Origin: Hemiscyllium ocellatum
Lineage: Eukaryota
Direction of reading: 5' to 3'
Assembly: GCF_020745735.1 (NCBI RefSeq)
Contig: NC_083433.1
Span: 11,357,363 to 11,421,362 of the forward strand
DNA length: 64,000 bases
This document shows positions 24,647-37,074 of the stretch, in pieces. The position numbers and the translations under genes were made by a program. The first letter of the stretch is position 1. Every line of letters starts with the position of its first letter. Under the pieces are notes generated by a model. That model searched no databases and was not told the DNA's origin. It saw only the letters and a program-made list of their open reading frames with translations.

Positions 24647-26089
24647 AAACAAGACATTTGAAGAATAAAGACAGGTAGTCTTGCTACACCTCTGCAGGCA
24701 CTGGTGAGACAACATCTGGAGAACTGTGTGCAGTTTTGGTTTCCTTGATTAAGGATGGGGGTGGGGCAGTGATATACATGCATTAAATGTAGTTCAGAAC
24801 AGGTTCGCTCGAGCTAATTCCTGGGATGAAGTAGATGTGAGAGGGTGAACGGCCCACTCCTGTTTTTATTTGCATTGGAGAAAGGTTGAGCCTATATTCA
24901 TTGGGATTTCGAAGAATGAGAGGCAACGATTGAGAGATTAAAATGCTATAAGATTCTGAGGGAGTTTTCCAGGGTAGGTACTGAGAGGAGGTGACGGAAA
25001 TATGGGACAAAAACAGAATAAAGGGACACCCAGTTGTGAAAGAGATGAGTTGGGTTTTATTCACCCAAAGGGTCATCAAATTTTGGAATTCTTCATTCCT
25101 GAGAGTTGTGGAGGCTGGGGCATTTGACATATCCAAGGTTCAGATACAGTTCTTTTTAATCAAGAGTTATGGGGGAATATAGAGTGAAAGTCACAGTTTG
25201 ATCAGCCATGATCTTATTGAATGGCAGAGTAGGTTTGAGGGGTTGAATGTCCTACTGCTGTTTTTATTTCTTATGATCTTATGATAACTGAATGCACTGA
25301 GATAAAGATCTCTCAGAAGAGTAAGAGTCACCTGGTTAATTTGCCACTGATTTAGGCTGGCTGACTGGACTAAGTTAGAGGTTACATCGTGGTGCAGTTG
25401 TCTCATAGAATCCCAACAGTGTGGAAACCGGCCATTTGGCCCACCAAGTCCACACCGACCCTCTGAAGAGTACCCCACCCAGACCCATCCCCCTGTATTT
25501 CTCAAGGCTAATACACTTATCCTACACATCATTGATCACTATGGGGCAATTTAGCATCTGTGGACTGTGGGAGGAAGCCAGACCACCTAGAGGAAACCTA
25601 TTCAGACACGGAAAGAATGTGCAAACTCCACACCTGAGGCTGGAATCGAACCCAGGTTCCTGTAACTGTGAGGCAGCAGTGCTAACCACTGAGCCACTGT
25701 ACCACCCTCATGATATGGGAACCAAAACAATGTACAACATTCTAACTGCAGTTGAATCAGTTACCAAAGTAGATTATAACTTCACTAACTAAGAGATGCA
25801 TAATCCTACAAATGAATCCAACTGTTTTATTACCATCTCATGAAACCCCTACAGTGTGAAAGCAGGTAATTCAGCCCACACTGACCCTCTGAAGGGCAAC
25901 TCAACCTCTCTGTAGCTGGTTGACTCTTGGTTGGAAGCTATCTTCACACGGGACAAACCTTCATGTGACTGATTGGGCTGATCTTCAACCCAAGATCCTT
26001 TGGGCTCAGACAGCAGGATATCCCAGTGGGATTGTGGGATCTGGAGAGTAGGATTACATCCTTTCCTCTTCTGCCTCAGCATTAAAATG

Positions 26090-27690
26090 AAAGCAAAACA
26101 CTGCAGATGCTGGAGTTCTGAAATAAAAACAGAACATGGCAGCCTCTGCAGAGAGAGAAAAGCACAGACTTAACCTTTTTAGGCTGAAGTGACTCTTTAG
26201 AAATGAAGAAAGGTGGGAATGTGATGGATTTGGTGCTGCTGAAGATGGGCAGGGTCCGGTAGAATAATAGGGATGGTTAGGGTTAGGAAGCAGGGCAGGG
26301 GAGATTAAACACCAAAGCTATCTTGGAACAATAAGCAAAAGGAATGGTAATGGTTGCAGTAAAGAAGCAAAGCATTGGTCTAAGGTTCGTGGTAACAGCA
26401 AAGTAAATATCAGCTCTGTCTGAAAGCAAACACATGGGAGAAGATAGACTAGCACATGTAGAGAAAGAAATTTCAAAGACGGCAGTGTTCAGTCTCTGAA
26501 TTTGTTGAATTCCCTGTTGAGCCAAGAGGCTGCCAAGTGCCTGATTGGAAGATGAAGTGCTGTCCCTCCACCTTGGATTGTCTTCACTGGGGCCTTGCAT
26601 CAGGTCTAAGACAGAAATGTAAGCATTGGAGCAAGATTTTAAACTGAAATAGGAAGCAATCAGGGTCATGCTTGAGGATGCAGTGGAGGTGTTCTGCAAA
26701 GTGATCACTCAGTCTATGTTTAGATCCCTTCCGATTTGTGATATGAGCAGTGAAAACAGTCAACTAAATTGGAAGAAGTACACACACACTGTGGTTACAT
26801 TGGGAGTTGGATAGCTCAGTTGGTTGAATGCCTGGTTTGTATTGTACACTAATGCTACAGGTTCAATTCCCGAACTGACTGAGGCTACCATGACAGTCCC
26901 AACTTCTCGACCTCACCTGAGGTGTGGTGACCTTCAGGCTAAACCACCATCAGTTGTCTCTCTCTTTCTAATGAGAGAGCAGCCCTATGATCTCTTTTAC
27001 ATCTCGAAAGAGTATTTGGGGCCACGAACGTTGAGGAGAGGAGAGGTACACCTTCTATGATTACATGGGAAGGTGCCAATGCAAGGGGACGAGATATTGG
27101 AGTTGACCTGGGAGTGGACCATGGTGTCGTAAAGGGAACTATCCCATTAGAATGTTGACAGGGAAGGGACTGATGAGTCTGGTTCTAGCATTGTGCTGAA
27201 GGTGATGGCAGATGGCGGAGGATAAACCTTCGAATATGGAGGCTGGTGGGGTGGAAAGTGAGGACAAGAGGGTTCTGAGAGGGAGGGAAAGGGGTAAGAA
27301 CTGCTAGGTAGGAAATAGATCGAGGACCCTGTCAATCACAGTAGAGTCTGTTCTCAGTTGAGGAAAAGGGAATCATGTTGTAAATGAGAAAGTGAGGATT
27401 GCAGAAGCTGGAGATCAGAGTCGAGAGTGTGGTGTTGGAAAAGCACAGCCGGTCAGGCAGCATCTGAGGAGCAGGAAACTCAATGTTTCGGGTATAAGCC
27501 CTTCATCAGGAATGAGAGTTGTGGGCCGGGAGACTGAGAATTGTAAATACCACTGTGTTTGCAGAATTGTCAGAGCAGATGCAATAGATACGGAGAAATT
27601 GGAAGAATGTAGTTCAATATACAAGTTATCACTGCAGTGAAGAATTGGTAGGAAGCTGTTCCCAGTCATTCATGTCATTGATGCCACACT
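26090..27690 (-). mobile_element. Old, decayed Penelope-like element with a nested younger PLE terminus at 27386-27540
   Basis: Degenerate similarity to the 22595 element (ggaagatgaagtgctgt..., gtgaggacaag); nested piece flanked by ttgtaaat at 27378-27385 and 27541-27548. Confidence 0.6.
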
Positions 27691-30600
27691 TCGAAGAGAG
27701 GTTCAAAGTGTTTTTGTAATGATCCCTTTGTAGCGGGGTCGAGGGAATATCCACCGAATTCGGTCAGTGGCTGTTTTGGAAAGCATTGTTTACCAGACAC
27801 GACAGACCAGGTTGCGAAGTGAGGCTTGATGAATCCTCTAGACCAGAACCCCCTGAGAGTGCACTGGTCCAGGGGAGCTGTATCATTTACAATCAGATCC
27901 CAAAGACAGTGAAATTCATTCAGTTTTCCCCTGCAAGTAACAGAATGCTGGATGGAGGGGATGTGAGAAAGTTGATGATTTAATTGTCAGTTTATTAGGT
28001 GTGTTATCATTCTGTTACATCACAGTATCCTTAGAAAGGAATCCATACATTATATAGAGGCACAGAGTTATACAATGTGGAAACAGACCCTTTGGTCCAA
28101 CTTGTACACGCCAATCAGATATCCTAAACCGATCTATCCTGTTTGCCAGCAATCGGCCCATATCCCACTAAACTCTTCCTAATCATGTATCTATCCAGAT
28201 GCCTTTTAAATGTTCTAATTGTACCAGCCTCCACTATTTCCTGTGACAGCTTGTTCAATACATGTACCATCCTCTGTATGAAAAAGATGCCCCTCAGAGT
28301 CCTTTTAAAACTTTCCCCTCTCACCGTAAACCTATGCCCTCTAGTTTTGACTCCCCTTATCCCAGGAAAACGACCTTGACCATTCATCCTATCCATGCCC
28401 CTCATGATTCTATAAAGCTCTATAAGGCCACCCCTCAACCTCAGATGCTCCAGGGAAAAAAATGCCAGCCTATTCAGCCTCACCCTACAGTTCAACCTCT
28501 CCAGCAACATCCTTGTAATCTTTCCTGAATCCTTTAAAGTTTAACATCATTCCTACAAAAGAAAGTTTTAATTCTATAATGATATATTCACTTAACAGGA
28601 ATTACCCACTCAGTCATTTAGGTTCAAATACAGTTAATGTACATAGGAAGTCGTTTTTGTTAATTGAAATTGGTTCACTAGTGAAAATGATCACTTATCA
28701 GACACCCGCAGAAAGGAGGAGAGTAAATAATATTGTGCAATGATGCTGGCTTGGCAACTAAAAATTTGTAAGCAGTAGACTTTGCTCAGGGGCTTGACTA
28801 CTATACCAACACAATTTCTGAACTCTCTTTGAGAGCGTCAGATGCCAACATGAATGAAGCAGACAGTAGATGGGATCTAGGAGGAGCTGGTAATACAGTC
28901 ATTGGGCACCTGTCTATAGTGTGTGAGAATGGTTCAACACAACATCGGGGGTGAATTTGAGTCCCAGTTTTGGTTGATTGTCACATTCAAGTTGCTCTCC
29001 ATGGAATGGAACTTTCCAGAGCTAAGTTTGGAGATTCTTTTTACTGAGGATGGCAAGTTCCAGTTTTCAGCACCAACTCTTGACCCAGACACAGAGTGTC
29101 CATAGTGGAGATGTGGGAAGGTCCAGACCAGATATGATAAAAAAAAAGACAGGTATTCCTCCTGATAAAGGGTCAAGGTCCCAATAAAGGGTTAGGTTCA
29201 CACAGTGTGACCACAAAGGAGCTGTGACAATTCTGCTGAAGGATTGTCAAGTGTCTGGGGCCAGCATTTTGAACAATATGGCCCACATATTGAAACAATG
29301 GAAAGTTCCAGACAGATTCTTTTTCTTCTAGTTGTGATGCATGAAAACATATTTACAGCAAATACACATCAATGTGTTGTCTCTTCTGAATCAATAAATT
29401 GACCGATTTTGTGTTTGATACCAATATATGTCTGTGAATAAATAATATGTGGAAATTAGACAATGGCAGCATTTTACTTCACAAAGTAATAAAATCATTA
29501 TTAAGTAAATGACCTGAATTAGTTCTTTCACCCCTTTTATAAAGACCTCACAAAGTCTTTGGTACATTTATTTTAATTTATTCAAATGCAGTTGATTTGA
29601 TCTTCTTGTCTCTCCTCTAGAAGCTGGTATGTGTGTTCAGTAGATCCTTATTACTGCCCTTAATCATTCCCTTATTGCTGGCAGCTCAGCTGTTGCTCTT
29701 GTTACCTAAAGGAAATGATTGTCAGTAGGCCATTCTGCTCCTTGGGTTTGTTCTGTTCTGTTGTTAGATCATGGTCGATCTCTAACTCAAACCTATTTTC
29801 CAGCATTGATTAATATCAGTCATGATCTATTTGGATAGCAACACAAACTTGAAGGGCCGAATGGACAACTCTTGTTCCAATTACCCATGTTCCTAAATGC
29901 CTTGGTATATTTGTTTAACAATGACCCAATTATTCCATTATCTATGCTTCTAATTTAAAGAGTTTGGCCTGAAATCTCCCTATCAAGGGGGAATCTATCC
30001 TATTGATGGGGAGATTTCAGGGCAAGATCTTAAAATTTGGAAGCAGGCTATAGATAATGGAATAATTGGATCATTAGTCCTTTATTCAATTCCTTCAAAA
30101 CTTTCCAAATTCAAGGAAATGCAAACCAACTTTGTTCAAACTGTTTTCATAATTCACCCCTCATATCCAGTACTATTCTTGCAAATGTGGTCTGAACCCA
30201 TCCAAGGTTGTATGTTTTCTGAGATATGGCATTAAAAACTGAATGTGGTGCTCTTGATGGGGTTGGACCATGGTACTGTACAACTGAAGCAAAGGAACAT
30301 GAGATAACAGGAGTAGGAGGAGACCATTCAGCCCGTTGAGACTGGCCCACTATTTAGTAAGATTGCTAGTATCACTTCAGTGGGCAATTAACTTGGTGTG
30401 GATCTCGAGTCACATGCAGTGGGCCCGATCCAATTGGTGTGTCAACACCATTTCAAGCATTGATTTCCTAAAGCTACTGTTGTGTGCACAGCAAAAAACA
30501 TAATGAGAGGGACGACGGTTACAGAGACGCCAGACTCGGTAAGGATGGCAGGTTTCCTTCCCTAAACAACATTCATGAACCAAATGGGTTTTTATGACTA

Positions 30601-31496
30601 TTGCTGATATTGTCTGTCACTAAGACTAACTTTACATTCCACAATTATTAATGGAATACAAAATTCACCAGCTACCGTGGCGGCATTTGAACCCCACATC
30701 TCTCGAGCACTGGCTAAGTTTCTAATCCAGTGACATTACTGCTCCACCTCCATCTTCCTCCATTCTAATGCCACCACTCTTGTCTTTAGAATTGTTTTTT
30801 GTACCAGTGGCACCAGCTTTCAGTGCATGGATTCCTAAATCACAACTGCTTCACTACCTCATATTTCTTCCACTTACAAGATATTCTGATCCATTTTGCT
30901 AGGATGCAAAGCCGATGTCTTCTTACTTCTCCACACGGAGCCCCATCAGAATTTGACTCCTGACCCCCCCCCCCTCCCCCGCCCCACTGGGAGCTGGATG
31001 GTTGGTTAGTGGAGGAGGTGTGTCAAATAGGGTGCCAGCAGTGCCTGCCATAGCAGTAACCTTCCCCCTTGTTCCTACCAGTACATCACTCACAGTGTGA
31101 CAAGTAGTGAGCCAGTTGGTCTGCCCAATAGGCTAAGTCAGGCCCATGAGTTGTCAACTAATGTCCACTTCTTGGCCTTGTCCTGCTGCCACCATGACAG
31201 AAGAGACCCCCACCTGCAAAGGCTGATGACTTAGTGGACAAGCTTGGGGTTTGTATCCCTGTAGAGTACCCTGTGCCTATCAGAGACGATATCTATCTCT
31301 TCAAGCCTACTCTGCCACTCAATAAGGTCATGACTGGATCTTCTCCCTCAATACCATTTTCCTGTATTATGCTCTTTTCCCATGATGTCTTTAATATATA
31401 CAGGAACATTTGTATAAATGGTAGGGGTGGAAGTAGGTTATTCAGCTCCTTGATCCTACTCCACTACTTATTACGGTTATGGTTCAAAAAATTACA

Positions 31497-31802
31497 CGGT
31501 GCAGCACAGTGGCTCAGTGGCTAGCACTGCTGCCTCACAGCGCCAGGGACCCAGGTTCAAATCCAGCGTTGGGCGACTGTCTATGTGGAGTTTGCACATT
31601 CTCTCCAAGTCTGCATAGGTTTCCTCTGGGTGGTCTGGTTTCCTCCCACAATCCAAAGATGTGTAGGTTAGGTGAATTGGCCATGCTAAATTGCCTATAG
31701 TGTTTGGTGCTTAGTCACAGGAAATGGGTGGGTTACTCTTCAGAGGGTCGGTGTGGACTTGTTGGGCCAAATGGCCTGTTTCCACATTGTAGGGATTCTA
31801 TG
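31497..31802 (+). mobile_element. HE1-type V-SINE
   Basis: Head and V-domain. Confidence 0.85.
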
Positions 31803-31967
31803 ACACCTGGTTACAGTCCAATGAGTTTATTTGAAAACATGGGCTTTCGGAGCTCCTGATGAAGCAGCAGCACTCTGAAAGTGATTGTTTTCAAATAAAC
31901 CTGTTGGACTGTAACCTGATGTGGTGTGATTTTTGACCTTGCCCAACCCAATCCAACACTGGCACAT
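31803..31967. mobile_element. Decayed palindromic PLE mini-element (family 2-like)
   Basis: ggttacagtccaa...tttatttgaaaaca mirrored by tgttttcaaataaacctgttggactgtaacc; CTGATGA-A-GCAGCAGCACTCT-GAAAG. Confidence 0.65.
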
Positions 31968-32276
31968 GGATGATCTGTTTGTGTTTTGAATTCCACTATT
32001 CCTGATAACCTCTAACTCCCTTGTCTCACAGGAATTTATCTATCTCTGCCTTAAAAATATTTAATGATCTCATCTCCAATGCCCTTCAGGGGATGAGTGT
32101 CCCAATGTTGCACAAATCTCTGAGAGAATGGCTTTCTCTGCATCACTGCCCTGAAAGAGACAAATCTTGTTCATAACAGGAAACCACACATAACCGGAAA
32201 CAGCCTTTCCACATCCACCTTGTTAAGACCATTCAGGATCTTATGTGCTTCAATCGTGTCACTGTTCACTTTTTTT

Positions 32277-32610
32277 AGATTAGATTAGATTACTTACAGT
32301 GTGGAAACAAGCCCTTCGGCCCAACAAGTCCACACCGACCCGCCGAAGCGCAACCCACCCGCCGAAGCGCAACCCACCCATTCCCCTACATTTACCCCTT
32401 CACCTAACACTACGGGCAATTTAGCATGGCCAATTCACCTAACCTGCACATTTTTGGATTGTGGGAGGAAACTGGAGCACCCGGAGGAAACCCACGCAGA
32501 CACGGGGAGATTGTGCAAACTCCACACAGAGAGTTGCCTGAGGTGGGAATTTAACCCGGGTCTCTCGCGCTGTGAGGCAACAGTGCCAACCACTGTGCCA
32601 CCATGCCGCC
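32277..32610 (-). mobile_element. HE1-type V-SINE
   Basis: (GATTA)n tail, V-domain, internal 19-bp tandem duplication. Confidence 0.85.
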
Positions 32611-32879
32611 CACAAATACTAGTAGAAATACTAGTAGAAACAAACCCATCCAACTCCTCCTTGTAAAACAACCTGTGCATTCCAAGCATTAATCTAATCC
32701 TTTGAACCATCTCCAACACATTTATGTCCTTCTGTAAGATACTCAATGACTCTGTGTCTCCAAAGCTGCCTCCTAGCCTCAGCCTTCTGAAGGACCAGAC
32801 AACATCTATGAGCTTTCTCCTCTTCACATGGTGGTCTTCATAGACCATACTCAGAAGGCGATGCCAGTCAGGGTCAAAC

Positions 32880-33572
32880 GACTTGGTAGTGTGGATGAGC
32901 AGAGGGATCTTGGTGTCCATGTACAAAGATCTCTGAAAGTTACCACCCAGGTAAGTAGTGCTGTGAAGAAGGCATATGGTGTACTGGGCTTTATTGGTAG
33001 AGGAATTGAGTTCCGGAGTCCTGAGGTCATGGTGCCGTTGTATAAGACTCTGGTGCGGCCTCATCTGGAGTATTGTGTGCAGTTTTGGTCGCCATACTAT
33101 AGGAAGGATGTGGAGGCATTAGAACGAGTGCAAAGGAGGTTTACCAGGATGTTGCCTGGCATGGTAGGAAGATCGTATGAGGAAAGGCTGAGGCACTTAG
33201 GGCTTTTCTCATTGGAGAAAAGAAGGTTTAGGGGAGATTTGATAGAGGTGTACAAGATGATTAGGGGCTTAGATAGGGTTGACAGTGAGAACCTTTTTCC
33301 GCGTATGGAGTCAGCTGTTACTAGGGGACACAGCTTTAAATTAAGGGGTGGTAGGTATAGGACAGATGTTAGGGGTAGATTTTTTACTCAGCGGGTTGTG
33401 AGTTCATGGAATGCCCTGCCAGTAGCAGTGGTGGACTCTCCCTCTTTATGGTCATTTAAGCGGACATTGGAGGTTATTGGGCTAGTGTAGGTTAGGTAGG
33501 CTTCGGTCGGCGCAACATCGAGGGCTGAAGGGCCTGTACTGCGCTGTATTTTTCTATGTTCTATGTTCTATG
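32880..33572 (+). mobile_element. Young CR1 LINE 3' end with uninterrupted ORF2 C-terminus
   Basis: ORF 32828-33490, RDLGVHV...PHLEYCVQFWSP...WNALP; (TTCTATG)n tail. Confidence 0.92.
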
Positions 33573-33722
33573 ACTTGCCAATTATACCCACCAACTTTCA
33601 CATATGAAGGAATGACCCATGAATGTCATGACCCCAAGGACATGGGGACACCTGAGCAACCTGGAGAATGCAAGGTGGAAGGATTTTATGGACCAATAGA
33701 CAGTACACCCCTCTGCCTTCCG

Positions 33723-34030
33723 ATTAGACTTACAGTGTGGAAACAGGCCCTTTGGCCCAACAAGCCCACATCGACCCGCCGAAGCACAACCCACCCATAC
33801 TCCTACATTTACCCCTTACCTAACACTACGGGCAATTTAGCTTGACCAATTCACCTGACCCGCACATCTTTGTGACTGTGGGAGGAAACCGGAGCACCCG
33901 GAGGAAACCCACGCAGACACGGAGAGAACGTGCAAACTCCACACAGTCAGTCGCCTGAGTCGGGAATTGAACCCGGGTCTACAGGCGCTGTGAGGCAGCA
34001 GTGCTAACCACTGTGCCACCGTGCCGCCCA
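33723..34030 (-). mobile_element. HE1-type V-SINE
   Basis: Full-length reverse copy. Confidence 0.85.
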
Positions 34031-34688
34031 CCTGTTTGGCTGTGGAAAGCAACGTTTGAATCACTTTGCCCAAAGAGTTAAAAGACTTGGGAGAGCAACA
34101 CTGTGGATGGATCAGAGCGAAGTGCAGTATATTTTGTGTCATCGCTTGCGGGCCTGCCTTTCACAGCCACAGAAAAGGTCGTTTGTTAAAAATAAAAGTA
34201 AGAGAGAAAGGGAAAAAAAACCTCCTAGTTGTGTTGAGGAGGTGGTGGGGGGGAGGTGGTGGAGAGAGAATCAGCAGCGGTCGGAACCGAGGTTGAGGCG
34301 AAGAGAATTGAAACATGCACCACGGGCGGTGCAGAGGGAACTGAGCTGTCATAAACTGTAAGGCTCAAACACATCGGTTCGGAGCAGCCTGCTGTGAGGG
34401 TGGGGGAGGGGAGAGGAAGAGACTCAAGAAGAAGCAGCAGATAGTTTACCTACACTATGTTAGGGCACACGTACAGACACTGAGCCTCGCCTAAAGCTGC
34501 TTTGATCTTCCCTTGATTCGCTCGCAGATTGCAGTTACCCGTTCTTCAAACTGGAAAAATAAACTGGGCAAGGCCAAGGTAATAGTGTAATAACTTGCAT
34601 TTATGTGGCGTCCTTCATGCGTTGAGAACGTGCCCAAAGAGCTTCACAGCCATTGAGGCACTTCTGAAAGGCAGTTCTTGATGTAGGG

Positions 34689-35076
34689 TGTTATGGACCA
34701 GGTCAGGTCCCCTGAAAATGTTTCGAGGAGGTAGCCCAGACCCTAACTTTGCTTTAAGCAATCATGAAGTGGATATTCCAGGAGAGAATAGTCAAACCGT
34801 TTAGTTTCAAACAAAACAGAAGTTATTTACAAGGTTACCGAATGAAACACAAACAAAAGAGAACAGAATACAGAAAAACTTAAGCTATCCAAAAACCCAA
34901 CAGATTTTACCAATTTAATGATGCTGTTCCAAATACTTCCAAATATCTGTTAGCTATAATCAAATTGGCCCTAAAACCCATCCAAGCCAGATTTTTTGGA
35001 ATCGCTTCTGTTACAATGTCTCTGAAAAGAAAACCAAGGACAACGATAACCTTGTTAAAAAAGCAGCATCATCACA
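34689..35076. mobile_element. Probable solo LTR
   Basis: TGTTATG...CATCACA termini, flanks aggg/agga, interrupts another repeat that resumes afterwards. Confidence 0.5.
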
Positions 35077-35669
35077 AGGAAAATGTAGCAGCCAATTTGT
35101 GAACAGCATGATCCCACAAATGGTAATGACCAGATAACCTGTTTACTTAGTATTGATTGAAGGGTACAAATTGGCTTGGTCACCAGGACAAGCCTGTGCT
35201 CTTCTTCAAAGTAATTTATGGAATCCTTCAAGATGAACTTTGATTAACAAAGGGTCCAGACTTAATACCTAATCTTCACACCTCTACACCTCACATTCCT
35301 CTTTTGAGATTAGATTAGATTCCCTACAGTGGGGAAACAGGTCCTTCGGCCCAACAGGTCCACACCGACCTCCAAAGAATAACCCACCCAATCCCATTTC
35401 CCTCTGGCTAACGCACCTAATAGTATGGCCAATTAATCTGGCCTGCACATCTTTGTGACTTGTGGGAGGAAACCAGAGCAAACCCACACAGACACAGGGA
35501 GAAAGTCCAAACATCACACCGACAGACAGTCATCCAAGGCTGGAATTGAACCTGGGACCATGGTGCTGTGAGGCAGCAGTACTAACCACTGTGCCACCCT
35601 TACAACTGAAAGTCTACTCTTTTCCCCAAACCTTTAGATAGCTTCCTTTTTTGTTCAGAATGAGCAAAG

Positions 35670-36460
35670 AAGTAGTAGATGGAATACCATGTGGGAAAGT
35701 GTGAGGTTTGGTGGGAAGAAGAAGTGTACATTATTTTATAAATGGACAACGGCTTCAAAAATCTGAAGCACAAAGGGACTTCGGAGTCCCAATTCAGAAT
35801 TCTCTTCAGGCTAACAGGCAGGTTCAGTTGGCAGTGAGGAAGGCAAATGCAAGTGTATTTCAGGAGGGCTAGAATACAAGAGCATAGATATACTGATGAG
35901 ACTGTATAAGGGTCTGGTCAGACCACATTTGGAATATTGTGAGCAGTTTCAGGCCTGGTCTCTAAGGAAGGCTGTGCTGGCTTTGAAGGGGGTGAGAGGA
36001 AGTTTACAAGGAATGATCCCAGGGATGAAGAGCTTGTCTTTTGAGGAGCAGTTAAGGACTCTGAGTCTGTACTCAATGGAGTTTAGAAGGGTGAAGGGGG
36101 ATCTGATTGAAACTTATGGAATACTGAGAGGCCTGGATAGAGTGGACGTGGAGAAGATGTTTCCAACAGTAGCAGAGACCAGGACCTGAGGGCGCAACCT
36201 CAGAGTGAAGGGATGACCCTTTAGAACTGAGATGAGGAGAAATTTCTTCAACCAGAAGATGATGAATCTGTGGAACTCATTGCTACAGACGGTTGTGGAG
36301 GTTAAGTCTGGAGTGTATTTAAGACAGCAACAGATCGGTTCTTAATTAGTAAAGAACCAGGGGTTGTGGGGATAAGGTAGGGTAATGGGGTTGAGAAATA
36401 TATCAGCCATGATTGAATGGTGGAACAGACTTGATGGGCTGAATGGACTGTCTTATGGTC
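35670..36460 (+). mobile_element. CR1 LINE 3' fragment
   Basis: LVRPHLEYCEQF...GDLIETY. Confidence 0.85.
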
Positions 36461-36945
36461 TCACTTGGAATAGGAGGGAAGAGGGGATACAGTTCCAAAA
36501 CATTTAATTTCAGAAAATTAAGAGATGGGCTTGGAGCCAGGAAGACTGGTGAAATAGTGAAGGCAGAAGATGTTGAGAGAAAGGCCTAGCTATCTTTGAG
36601 GAGGCTTCACTGTGGGGGTGGTGGGGTGGGGGATGAAGTGATGGGTGACCATGACTTCTGGAGACTCCGTTTTCCATCATGCACACCCCCACCCTGATGT
36701 CCCTTACCAATGCTGAAGGGTATCACCGTTTTGATTTCTGGGGCCTACCTGTCACTGGGAAATCTCCTACCTTCTGAGGGTGACTGAATGTGGAGATGCT
36801 GTCTCCTCCCAGAGGCCTTTGTGATCCCGGTTTCCTACACCAAAATCCTTTCTCACTTTTGCACCAATTTCATCTTTCATGAACAATGCCACTCCCACCG
36901 AATTTTCTGTTATGCCGTTTTTTCCTAATGATTGAAAACCCATGA

Positions 36946-37074
36946 GCCCCTGAAGAAGGGTTCATGCCCGAAACGTCGATTCTCCTGCTCCTTGGATGCT
37001 GCCTGACCTGCTGCGTTTTTCCAGCAACACAGTTTCAGCTCTAACCTCCAACATCTGCAGTCCTTACTTTCTCC
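36946..37074 (+). mobile_element. PLE terminus (family 1) starting at the hammerhead core
   Basis: CTGAAGA-A-GGGT-TCAT-GCCC-GAAAC-GTC at 36950-36977, then ...ctgcagtccttactttctcc. Confidence 0.8.

Noticed and set aside
29332-29400. Plus-strand terminal exon (ttttcttctag ... AATAAA at about 29393)
   Set aside because: Such signals arise by chance in AT-rich DNA; no supporting ORF or upstream exon
32828-33490. 220-aa ORF as a host gene
   Set aside because: It is the C-terminus of CR1 ORF2, 5' truncated, with a CR1 tail
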